Of a stretch of 64,000 bases of DNA, positions 1 to 12,739 are shown in pieces (the first letter of the stretch is position 1; each line of letters opens with the position of its first letter). The notes below the pieces were generated by a model. It saw nothing but the letters and a program-made list of their open reading frames with translations, did no database searches and was not told the origin of the DNA. Both the position numbers and the translations under genes were made by a program. The stretch is from Toensbergia leucococca. Lineage: Eukaryota. Location: contig JALDZS010000046.1 in NCBI GenBank assembly GCA_022813965.1, positions 1-64,000 of the forward strand, written 5' to 3'.

Positions 1-3000
1 ACGGTGACTCCGGGCATGAAACGGGCAAGAAAAGCATCATACGCACATGAAAGGAAGATCATGAACTGAAGACCTATTTTAATTGTGCACAAAGTCCTGA
101 TCTATCAGTCATAGAGAATTGCTGAATGCTGATGAAACAGCACGTACGCAAATTTCCTCATTGAAATAAACAGACCTTGATGAATCTAATGGTGGAGGGC
201 TGGTCTCATGTGTCACAGGATTTTATCAATGAACAGGTCCTCTCAATGCCTACTAGATTACAACATGTAATTAATGCTGGTGGAGCGAAGACAGGGTATT
301 AGAATAGTTGTGGATTTTGGGGTTCTATTCAAATGGTTTTTGGTGGGGGCTAAAATTCGCTAATCCGGCTTTTTTTTTCAACCGCGTGGTAGGTAAGATA
401 CAGATTCGGCCTGATTGGGCTTAGCCTCCAGCATAAGTCGTGGGCTACAGCATTAGTCGTGGGGGTAATTGAATTATCTACCACAACAGCCACAATTATT
501 ATTTGATTTTTGCCTATTTGTCTGAATCAATTACTTACATAGAGAACACTTTTGCATTGCATGTGTAAATTTTCTTCTCATGAATAGACTCCCATTTACA
601 CTATGATGACTAACCCCGGGAACCCCCATGACTTCTCGCCCTGATGAATGATGCGTGCCTGAATTCTCTCACCGGTCGATTTATTGGGCGCAGCCGCATT
701 CATTCGCAAAACGCAACTGTAGCGTTTGCTGTAACCCGGGGCGCAATGCTCATACTTCAACTTGAGTCACTCAACTTTCCCATCCTAGTTTGCGCCGTCT
801 TAACTTGAAAATTGAGTACGGTTCGAAGGCCTGAAACAGTCCGCTTTCAATCTGAATTGTGACATCCTCCCTCACCTATTCACCATGCCATCCCTAGGCA
901 CACTAACGCTGCGTTCTATCCTCAAAACATCCACTTCATCCTCAACCGCTCTACCGTACCCATTCTATCTCATCAGCGGCGTGCAGGTGCGGAACAGGGT
1001 GTAGTGGTGAAGAAGGGAGTCACAAATCAGGCTGATGAATGATGGTTTCATGCCTTGAGAATGCAGTCAATTCTCATGTGCATCAGAGGAGATGGATAGT
1101 ACGCACTACTTCAAAGAGGTGGAGAAATTGAGTTGAGGTGATTGTGCTTTACATGCAAAAGCTTTACGCAAATTACTGACGGCTTGATTAGACGTTCGCA
1201 AATGGTAGCAACTGTATCAGACAGATTGTCATTCTCTGAGATCATCACTATCCTTAATCTCATGACACGCCGCCGCCCTGCAGCAGCCAGTACCGCCTCT
1301 TCTACAATCACCTCCTAGCAGAGTATTCTCTCAAATCAGCTCGTCAATGAAAAGAGAGATACACCAAATTTTAGAGTCATAAATGCTGGAAGACACGCCT
1401 TTCCTTGAGGGACCGAAATCTTAGGTTCAGTAAAGAGCATCGCTGTCATATAAGGGAGTGATAGACTAAAGAACATGCTTTCGACCGGCTTTCGCGGTGT
1501 AGCACTAGTATAATAAATCAATGGAGTCGTCTTATTTAGCAAGACCTGCTTCATTCTTTCACCCTGTACCTTATCAGAGGTGTAGTGCTCTAAGGAAGGG
1601 AGTTAAATTTACATCACGACTGACTAATAGCAAAAAAACCTTTGAGATCAAAAGGAGGAACGATAGAAGGTGTGGCACCAGAAACATGATATGCGTTCAA
1701 CTATCCAGGTACTTGAGCAAGAGATAATGGTTCAGCCAGGCTGACAGGTTCAGACGTGACCATTTGCTCAACATGAACAAGAAGAAAGCAAGTGTCAGCG
1801 ATATCTTGCAGCCCTCATGAAGATTTCCATCAAGACAAGGGTCAAAGTTTCATCCCCCAACTCCGCCAGCCAACTCTTTCACCATAACTCCTTCAGCCAT
1901 CCCTGGCACGTTACTCTCATGCCGATGATACCTTGAGAAAATACCGTCTAATGTGCATTTTCATCAGCATATGCAAATTCATCGTACCAAGCCGGCAGTT
2001 CCCCTCAAGATAGCAACATTATGTACACCGGCTACTCTTGTCATTAGAGAGGTATACCTCGTCAGCGAGTATAAAGCGGAGACTATCGACCACCAAAACC
2101 GTGATTCAATACCCTTTCTACAATCCTTGGATTCCTTTTACGCTAGCTTAGCATAGAGATGATGCGACAAATCCTTTTACAGTTACACGACTTCTAAGCA
2201 CGATCCTAAGCTGTGAATCTAGCTTCGAATTGCGAGGAGAAACCGCGATATTTCTGCTTACAAAATTCATCATCGTCGTCACCATCACCGGGAGCCAAAC
2301 AGCTCATTGGAGGTGAAACTCATGATCATCAGCATACGTAGAGATACAGGAGCTAGGACTTGAAGGGATGCAAGGGCTGAATAGTCACTTCAACTTGAGA
2401 AATAGAGCTTACGACCGATCATAGATTCAGATTCTGAGCAATCAAGGTATCATATGGCCCAAGGGCCAACGAGGGGGAATGGCGACAATGAGATCTTCCC
2501 TCTATACCCATGAGATGAGTGAAAGGTGATTCTGTAACACTCAAGAGTGGCAAACAGGTGTTCATCAATGACTCATAAAGATCTGCAGTACAATGACAAA
2601 GCTATGACTCATGCGTGGGTATTTATGCCTTGCATAATCATCTGAGTTGCATAAGGGCTCCTGCTCTCTCATTGGCTGCGTTCATATGCATCTGACAGCG
2701 CTTTGTTCTGTGAAATGGCGCTAGTACGCCAGTGTTTATTGTGGGGTGGGCAGGCGACGATGGGGGTTTGGGGTTAGGCTCGCATTTGCAGACCCAATAG
2801 GTACAGAGCTTCAAAGAGCATGACGCCGCGCCCCCCACCCACCACCTAGGGCGCAAAACCACCGAGGGAAATGCGCCTCATTCCGCACCAACTTTTGCCT
2901 CAATTCCCTACCACTTCGCAAGCCAAATACAAGTTCCATTCACATGCCATCTAGAAAGCCAAAATTACCTAGGAAGAAACACCAATGCTTTTTAAAAGTA

Positions 3001-3829
3001 CCACATCCTGACTTTGATTCCCAGGCGCACAATCCCCCCCCTGCCCGGGGACGCAAAAAACACATCATGATTGTGGCAAGCCATCTACCTTCATTCCCAA
3101 AAAATCATGAAATTACTCTGTTATCCACACAGGCACAGTGACGTTCACATTCACTCCTGCACCTCCCCCTCCCCCGTCGTCATCCCCCTCCCTCCCCTCC
3201 CCCACCCCCCCACCGACCCCAGGGTCCTCTGCTGTGAAAAAATTCATGTCATTGACGCGTGCCTAAGGGTGTGAGTGAAAAATATGAATACCATATCACA
3301 ATGCCTTCTACAGCAGTGAGAAGGTGATAAGATGAGCACAGCACGCAGAAATCATGAAGGGGGGAAGGCATGTCAAAGCTGGTGGCGGAATCGAGGCATG
3401 ATGTGATTATCAATTTCCCACCCCTCTTGTAAACGGTACACATCTTTATACAAAAGACAAGATAGAAATACGGGTGTTACTACCATCTGAGCAATGCGTA
3501 CCATTCGACTCACAGAAAAAGAAAAAAAAAAAAACGGGGATGGAAACAATCTGTGCCGATGCCTGTTCCACAAAAACATAATACCAGTAATCGTTTCCGA
3601 AAAAAAAAAAAATTTCTTGCTCAACTCGGCCACCTTTCCAAAAGTAGCGAGATCCAAATGATTGTAGTGAGTGATTCGTAAAAAGTCTTCCTATGTATAA
3701 ACGACATGAATTTACTTGTACTTCAAGAAAGTAAACCAGCTTCGTTCATCCCAATCATCGGAAGTAAGTCGCGAAAAACAGCAAGTAGCAAAAACCTAGT
3801 CAAACCCAAAGGCCGGATCAAGCAAAAAG

Positions 3830-4811
3830 CTACTCATCCTCAGCCTTGCTCTCAACAATCTTCGTCCCAACGCCCTTCTTCACCCCAGCACTACTCCTAG
3901 CCTCCTGGGTCTCTTGGCTGAATTTCCTCCACAACTCCCCCACATCATCCCTCCCCGTCTTCTCCACCACCAAAGTCCTCAGCCATTGATTCTCCATCTC
4001 CAACTGTCCGATGCGCGACTCCAGCACCGTCGCCTTGTCGGTCAAATCTTTGTTCGTACGTTCAAGAGTTTGCTCGCGCTGCTTCTTCTTGACGCGGAAT
4101 CGGGCGGAGGCCGCCGTGTTGCGACGGCGTTTGTCTTCCTCTGCGGCAACACGCGAGCCCTCTTCCAGGTCGGGAGAGTCGAGATTGGTGGGGTCGAGCT
4201 TGCGTTTGTCGCCTGTGTGGGGTTTGATGTCGAATGGAGAGGTGGGCGATCCATAGGATGACGAGATGGGTCCATTTGGCGGAGAGAAGTTGTGGACTAG
4301 GGTTGGAGAGGCGTGGGAATTGGCATAGGTAGGGATGGGAGGGAATTGGTAGTCTCCTGGATGGAGGTTGTTAGCCGTGTTGGTTTTGACAAATTTCGTT
4401 TGTCAAGTTGGGCGGATAAATGCAGAGGGTTGATAAGGGTTGAGATTCGACGCATCTCGTGCGAAAAGTGTGACGAGACTGTGCATCGTATTGATGACTC
4501 TCGAGTCGTAGTTGATGCATCAGATATGCAGGGTAGATGTCCAACATACCATTGACAAAACCAAAATCTTTCCCAGCCTTGTGCAGGGACGTATTTCCTC
4601 TTCTGGAGGGATCATAATTAATGGACGACTGGTCGACATTCTGACCAAGATCAAAGTCGAAAAATTCGGCATTGGTGAAAATTGCAAGGTCGTCCTCGAG
4701 ATGCAAGCCGTCCTCCTGCTGGGTCGCAATATCATGGGCGGACGGGATGGCATTTAGATTGGCAATGTACTGAGACACATTCGGAGCGGTACGACCACCG
4801 AAGCCAGACAT
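3830..4811 (-). CDS. metR: bZIP transcription factor MetR/CYS-3 (sulfur assimilation regulator); 2 exons, complement(join(3830..4356,4550..4811))
   Basis: The N-terminus MSGFGGRTAPNVSQYIANLNAIPS and the bZIP AAEEDKRRRNTAASARFRVKKKQREQTLE...LEMENQWLRTLVVEK match the MetR/CYS-3 family. Intron 4549..4357 (GTATGT...GCTAAC...CAG) joins the two exons in frame. Confidence 0.92.
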
Positions 4812-6143
4812 GTTTGCTGGGTGCAGAAAGCCGGAAGCGATAATGATGCGAGTGTTGTGAAAATGTCGTGATTCCGGATGAGTGGTGGGGGATTGACCAG
4901 GGTCGAAGAAATGCGGAGAAATCACAAAGAGACACACGTCTGGACTCGATCCGTCAATTCATGGGACGTTTTTCCAGTGAACCTCGCTGGTGTCCCCGGG
5001 TCTTGTGAGGTAGGGAAGTCGAGGGCAGTAGGACAGGAGTAGTGGAGGGGTTCGTGGGGTTTAACAGAATCACCAGTCGTCGGCACTGTCGGTAGAACAG
5101 GTGGAATGAATGGATGACATCTAATCCAATCAGCTGATATGACCCGGATTAGGCGACGGCTTGGGTGGCTTTTTTGACGGATCCTCGGATAAAGGTGGAG
5201 GGATTTTATTGATGATCAGGCCCTCGGAAGACCCGCCGAGAAACGGGTGAAGAGTATTCTAATCATTTTAATCATTTTAATCACTGGGTTCTAGCCATTT
5301 AAGGATTTATCCCTGCATTTAATGCAGCATAGACAGCTCATGCAATGGAACATCGCCATATGACATGGAACATCAGCCGACACCGGCGAATTACTAGACT
5401 CTGGAATTGCATCTGACAAGCTGACGAATACAGTCTTCATGGAATGCCCTCATTCCTCTTTCCTCTTTCGATTAAATGCCCTTCATTCAATTCGGCCAAC
5501 CATAAATGAGCTTTGTCTCATGAAGCCAGAGTCTTCGATTTCATGAAACCGCCATCACTAAAGTCCTCTACACTACATGGCAATTGGTGCGCCTGCTTAT
5601 TACAAATCGAACCGGGAATCGAGGTAAGAAGTGGGTCGATGAGGATGACGCCCAAAATGAAGATGCATCATTGTGCACCGAGGGTAGTATTCTCGACTGC
5701 ACTATTGGGGATGGATCGTTGAGCACACTACGATATCGATAGGCAACAAGCGATGCATCTGTCGAATGAGTTCTACTAGCTACTGCATAGAACGGGTATT
5801 TAAAATCTTCACTACTCCAACCCATGTCCCTACCTACCTCCTCATCCCCATTAACCAAAAGAAATATTCTCTTTGACTTCTCCAACAATACTTTTCCACC
5901 GCTTATCGAACGAACATTATAAAATCTTGCTAGCGCGAACGAGGGGTATGAACGATCAAACACAAAGACAATAGTGGTATAAAAAGCCAAAATCATTTCG
6001 TCTACTCATGAATAAAACGCCATCGGTCCCATCCAGGGCCTTCGTTAAACACTTTGTCTGCGCCTTCCACGCTAAACCGGCTAGAATTGGAGAATCGGAA
6101 ATTAGAAATCGAATGAGCGTGAAAGCGAATCCAATCCGTTTGG

Positions 6144-9100
6144 TCAAACAGGCGTGTTCGACCTTTCCTTGGAAAGATGCGTCCACGCCAACCCGAAATG
6201 CTCAAATTTATCTTGCAAGTCTTGTAACGAGAAGTTCGTATTCTGCGCTTCTGGAGATGATGACTTGGCCGCTGTTTGTTCTCGAGGCTCGAGCAACAAG
6301 GAACGACGATAGTAATTCTGTACATTGCTTTGATCGGATGATCGAACACGGACAAGCTGGTCCTGTATCCACGTTTGTAGTTCGGATACTTCGGTGAGAC
6401 GGTATGGGATCTGAAATCGCTGTAGCTCGCTGATAATTCGTGCCGTCTTCATATGTTTGTCGAAATTGATCACCGACATGGGTCGATCGACGCTGTCGCC
6501 TGGGATCTGACGTGTTGTTTGGTTTCCAACGTCAACAAAGGTCAAATCGGTGAGGTAGGTTCCGACGAATGGGAGGCATGGAGGTACAGAGTGTTGCAGG
6601 CGTTGCCGAAGGCTGGCATAATTCCTCGAGCAATCTACCACGCTTTTGAGGTGTTCTAAAGTTGTCTTTGTCTTGCTTGATACAATGTCCCATGTGTGTT
6701 TGAGGCGTAGAATCGTAGAAGAGTTGAGAGCGCAGATTATGGCCATCAATGAGTCATAATTGTTCAGCTCAAGGCACCTTTTTGCAATCTTGACCCATCT
6801 TTTGATGACCATGGCTCGCTTCTTGGGATCTTCAATCTGAAGGATGCAATCTGCAACTAGATTTGCAAGGTCGGTCGATAATGTGGACATTGCTCGCACA
6901 TTTACTGCCATAGATCCCGACTTCTTCATCCACTCGGTGGCAAGGAGTTCTTCCGGTAATATCGAGCAGAAAATTCGAGATTCTTTGATGGTAAATTGCC
7001 GTGCCAATTCGAGGGGATCAAAATCGAGAATGCTGATACTGCTACCGCCATTCTTCCAACTCTTCAGAGCTGCATACTGACTCTTCGACATGATCGGTGC
7101 TGGCAAAGGCGTATCGATTGGTACATATGGCGCTATTGAAGTATTCGTCTTACCGATAGCAGATATAAGTCTGGGGACCAGTGGACCGCTGACTGTTGTA
7201 ATTTTCTCTGCCAAACCTCGAAGCCGACTGCCTGCACTAGGCAATACAGAAGACAGGTGATTAATAGCAAAATCTAGAATTAATTCCACTGATGACATGT
7301 CGCAATCATTGCGCCAATGTGATTCCAACCATCCCTTGAACACGTTGTACACGCGAAGTCGGACAGGATTAGCAATGTGAGGGCTTTCCCCAATGTAATG
7401 GAATCGATTGATCAAAGCCTCGGCGAATTCACGAGGCGTTGCGAAGAGACGGAACGTCAAAAAGAATGTTGACACAAACATCGCGTCTGGTGTCGAGTCG
7501 TGCGTAGTCAAACGTTCAATCAGAGCCGGTAGGGTACCTCCAGTGATTTGACCATCTTTGTTGTACACAAGTTCATGAGCGAACGTCTTCTCCAGTATTT
7601 TGACTTCGGCCTCTTCACACTCCTCATTGTATGTTGATTGGCTACCAGTGAAGCTGTCACTGAGAGACGATATAGCGAGATGTGATGCCGGTACTTCTGG
7701 AGACGTCGCCCGAGTCGAAGTTTGCGAAACCAGACTAGTTTCCGAATCTCGCATGCTCCCCCCAGTACTTGAAATATCAAAACTGTCAATTCGAAGAGAC
7801 GGGGTTTGTTGCGCGTTATCCTGGCTACCGGAAGACGACTGTGATGATGTACTATAATCTTCTCGAAGCATCAACGAGGTGCCAAAATGAGGTATAGGAG
7901 GTAACATAAGTCCTCCTGATTGACTCGAAACGGTATTGGAACTCCCGATAGCATCCTTTAAGGCCAAAGAGCTAGGTGAATCGACTATTATCGATGACAC
8001 GGACCGACGTTCGGTCGCTTCTGAAGGCGGAGGTGGAGGTGGAGGTTTACTCGAAGGTTCAGGTGGTACAGAGGTTTCGGTATGTTGCTTGTCGTGAAAA
8101 GTCCCATTTTGTGACGAGAAATCGGCATTATCAAAAGAGAAAATACCAAGACCCAATGGTTCAAACTCAAAGTCTCCAATTCGATCAATGACAAATCGAG
8201 TTTGAGATACACATTCTCCAGCTCCACGCACGCAGGCAGTAGCAGCTTCAACTAGTCTTTTTCCTTCAGTGGGTTCGAAAACATCATCACCGTCGCTACC
8301 CCGAGGAGGTCGGAAAACATCTCGAGCCGCTTCTACCAAATTCTCGATTTGACCATACATGTTATCCCTCGCTTTGTCAAGTAGCTCCGAGCGTCGTAGA
8401 TCACGTTCCCATACTTCTTCTGCAACTCGAAGGAGACCTCGACATGAATTGACCGATGCCTGCGTGGTAACAAGGAGCTCCGACGACGACCGTGATTGTA
8501 AATGTAAACCAATAAAGCAACCAAGAAACCCCAAAAAAGCGTCGTGAGATGCACTCAATTTCTCCGATGCGAGATCCGAGTTATGCGAAACCGAGGGACG
8601 TGCTCTGCAACGAGGCTGGTGAGAATTAACCTCGCTCATGCTATACGTCGACACAGGTTTGAGGGCTTGTGCGCATGACTGGCTTAGTCCGGGCCGTATA
8701 TATGTTTGTGAGGTGCGGCTATAATGCGGTCGGCTACTTGTTTGTTCCTGGTGATCCCTGACATTGTGATAGGTTGAACCATCTGAAACAGATGCTGAGG
8801 AACAGGGTTTCGCATTATCAAATGCGACTATCTCGGCAGGTGGCGTCGGTGGGACATGGCCATTCTGCAGATGGCCTGCATGCCTTGCTACCGGAATGTC
8901 AATGCTTTGATCGAGGTATATATCCTCAATCCAAATGTCCAGAAATTTCACTCCCCGTGATACCAGCTTGAAAGTCTTCATAATAATGTCGTCCATATCA
9001 GAGGCTGCTGCTCGATTTGTGACACTGTTGTTATCGGCCTCTGCAAGGCGTTTCGCAGACTTGACAAGCGACGAAAGATCCGAAAGCAGTGCTTTGCGAT

Positions 9101-9761
9101 TTCGACGAAGGCCGTTGTGCGATTGAACTATACTAGATTCCCGATTGAGACAACTTGTATTTTCCTGCCCAAGTAATTCAGTCATTGATTTTTACTTGAT
9201 ACTGGTGCGACTTACTAGTAAATACCGTACGCCTGCGACAAAACCTCGGACATAATCCTGATTGCGGAAACTTTTCAAGCTACCGTTGCTACCGCCCTTT
9301 ACCAAATTCCAGAAATTGGTCAACGCCTTCATCAGATTGTGTATTGGCTCGTTCTCATAAGCCTTGCAATAATTTGTTGGTAGCCATCCACGCGCTCCAG
9401 ATGTCAACAATGTGCCATCAGCCCAACCATTGGTGTGTACAGAATGGACTAGAATCACATCGCCATAATTCAGAGGCAATGTGACTGTCATTGTCGTCTC
9501 ATCGGAGGTGGGGTGGAATGGATAAAAGGCGCGCAGGTATTTGTGGAAGGATGAATTGGTAGTGTCTGTCTGACGATTTGGATCTTCGTGTGTGTCTGTG
9601 GGTGTCGGAGGCGGAGTTATTTGCGAATGCGATTGCGATGGTTCTGTGCGACTGCTTTTTGTCGAGGAGGTTCGAGATGTGCTACTACTTGGCGCGCGTG
9701 ATGTGTTCTTATTAATTTGAAGCGGCGCAACATACATGCTAGAATACGAGGAAGTCTCCAT
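6144..9761 (-). CDS. CDC25: Ras guanine-nucleotide exchange factor, Cdc25 family (N-terminal SH3, REM, RasGEF domains); complement(join(6144..9164,9216..9761))
   Basis: SH3 (RAFYPF...GDVILVHSVHTNGWADG...GWLPTNY), REM (GGTLPALIERLT...FFLTFRLF) and RasGEF (ELARQFT...LNNYDSLMAI...PCLPFVGTYLTDLTFVDVGN...INFDK) motifs. Intron 9215..9165 is GTAAGT...CAG, phase 0. The symbol denotes the family; the exact paralog is uncertain. Confidence 0.9.
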
Positions 9762-12739
9762 TATGTGCCGGGGATCTGGGCTCCTTCAAGTCGCAGCCTA
9801 GGGTGGAGCTAGAGTGTGTATTTCCAGTGAAAAGCCTGACACAGCACTCTAATGTTCGAGTGCCCAAATCCAGTAAGTTGATTGCCTGAGGTCACCGAGA
9901 GGCGCTTCGAGCCAACAAGATGCTATAGCTCACATGGCCTTAACCTAATAGGAATTGTCGTTAGGAAGACTACTCGGTAACCGAATATTGCCTTTACTCT
10001 TCGTCGTCCTTCTTGTGTTTGTAAAGTATCGTTCAAGTTCTGCCGCATATCTGAGGTCAGTGTGATTCGACATGAATTGTGTTGTGTTTATGAAAGACGA
10101 GGAATGTGATGAGGTATGAGGATAAACAACAGTGTGATCTGGGAAGCCGCATACCATACGCAAAAGACGGGTAATTGTCTTATCGATTACATAAGGATCC
10201 AATTTCTAATGCCAATTGCTGATGCCAATGTGCTGTTTTCGAGGTCTCAATAGTTGGAGCAAAAGTTATAAGGCAGACTCGGACGAACTGCTCGAGCTTA
10301 AACAGGAATGAGAGTGTGAAGAAAGCTGGAGAGACTGTGTAGATAGTGGTTCGGACAGAAAGTAAGGGTTTGTAGGAGCAGTCTGATAGCAAAGGTCTTC
10401 GCTGTCCAGCGCTGAAGTAAGGCGAATAGTAAGTAGTAAGTTTCGAGTTTCTGTCTACATGCAAGGGCGGTACCTGCCGTCAGAGAAGCAGGTGGGAAGG
10501 AATGATTATGTTTGCAGCTGCAAGCTGAAGCAAGGAGAAGTATGGGTGTGGATATGTATTCGATCAAGAGAGAAGGGGAAAGTTGGTCATACAATACTCA
10601 AACAGCATTTTTTTCACGATGTCGTTACTCGTTCAAGGGTTAGTTCTAAGGGTTAGCGAAGGATGGGAGTCAAGGTTCAGTGTTGACAGGGACCACCATG
10701 CACGTTTATGCGCGTGTGTGTTTAACCCCGCCAGTCCATGAACTAATCCCTGGATTGGACGAAATGGAAGAACAGCGAACAGCTTTTATCCATTCTTCTC
10801 TCCCATAATTGCTAGTGCCATTCACCATTGTCGCTGCACCTACCTAGCTAGATAGCCTCGTACCTAGAATAAATCACTGACTCTCATTGACTGTATCCTC
10901 CGCGATTTGAGGTACCTATTCTATTAGACTGTCCAGTCTGAGTACAAAGTAGAATGAGGAACAGGAGCATCACGTCTGTCACTCTGTGTCATGGGTAGAA
11001 ACGTAAATTTGCAGCATTTGTAAAGCAACCAATTGCCGGAATGGATTAATTAGGTTCATATTAAATGCCGTGCTCGTGTCACGGTGCGTCGACGATCAGG
11101 TAAAAAAGCCACAAGAATTTCAGTGGTCGCCTTGATTGCACCGGCGGGTAATACTCGCACTCAAATGGAGTCTTTACGCCTTCAGGTACTATTGCAGACT
11201 TTTGATATGCACCTGCACCTTTGACAGTTGCTGAGATACTCTAAATTTCGGAGATGCACTTCTTGATTGTTACTTAAGATTAGATTGGCGAGGGCTATTC
11301 TACCCTACCTAAATCCTAGGCTCCTCTAGCTATCCTTAGCTGTTCTACTACTCGTAGGTAAGTGGCGATAGCCGTCCGAGCCGTCTCCCCGAGCCATTAA
11401 TCAAAAGTCCCGACTTTCTTCAGGGGCACAAGTCTCAACTTCTAAAGTATTCTACAAAAGGAGTGGAAGCTTTTCGTAAGAATTCCTCTATTGAGCGTTA
11501 TGTACAACCTTATCCTTCTTCTTATCCTTCTTCTGCACATCACTCAAAGGCCCAATGAGGAAGCACACCCTCCATCAAGGTTCATGCGGCTATGCCCGAT
11601 ATGTGAACCGTGGTGCAGATCAACACTTTCAGTCGTTGAATGGAGCTTCAGACCTACAAACGCTTCGGAAGCGGAAGGCTTGCCGGTTGGATTTTTCCGC
11701 TTCAATTCAGCTTCTCTTCAGATTGGAGCCACTCGAGCACTAAAATCTAATTACTATCGAAGTGTTGGACATTCTCTAATCTTTTACTCTCATTTGATTA
11801 ACCAACACCAAGCCTCTACCTGAGTGGCTCCCCCTACAACAGATATATTACCTTTTCAAGGGTTGAGTGTGATGGCCATTGTGATTCAGCCACGCCATAG
11901 GTTTCATATTGATCAGCACGGCTAGACTTGCAATTACTAGTATCGTGAGTTCGCCTTGAGGCTTCTGGGCTTGAGCCTTTATCCCATCCTCGATCCCTTT
12001 TGCACTGGTGACGTTTTCTGTACATGGATTGTGGAACCCTAAAAGTCAAGATATCAACCCTACAAGGGCAAGCTCGACAAAGCATAGAAAAAGTCATTTC
12101 CTTCATAATTGCTTCTCATAGGTCTGTCATTGTTCAGGCCCCCGAAGCTTGAGAAGAGCTTGTTGCTCTCCCACCTGGATGTTTCTGGACCTGTTCAGCC
12201 ATCAATTGGTGATTGGTATTCGCACGCACCATCAACATCGCCCTAGAACTATCTACAAGGAGAGTTTCTCCGCTTATACGTCCATTGGATCTAGCATCAA
12301 TATTCTCATTTCATCCTCATGGTCTTCTCATCAGCTACGAAGCCGCAGCACGTTCATTCAAATCTGTGGTCTAACCTATCTGAAATCTTCATCCCGCTGA
12401 CAGTCGACCACTTTCATCAGTAGCGCATTTCCATAAAATCTGTGACATTATCCATTGTGAGCGGGGGGGCAGGAGTGAAAAAAAAGTGATCCCTTACATA
12501 AGAGGAGATATATGGTGGTATGTGCCCTGCTAGAAGGAAAGAGTGCAAATTACACAAGATATCAGATCAGATCATCTCAAAATTTCAGCTATGACGATCA
12601 AATTAGATGAGTAAGTTTGATCCATAGAAAAGCAAAAAGCAAAAAGCAAAAGCAATAGGGGTATCCCATTCCAGCAAAATACTCGATCAAAGAGTAACCA
12701 CATGACCAACCCCAGCCAATTCACCGCCCTTTCACCCCT

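Noticed and set aside
603..797. ATGATGA/CTGA boxes and several short hairpins suggesting a snoRNA or structured RNA
   Set aside because: No recognisable rRNA/snRNA guide and no terminal stem. Short stems of this kind can arise by chance.
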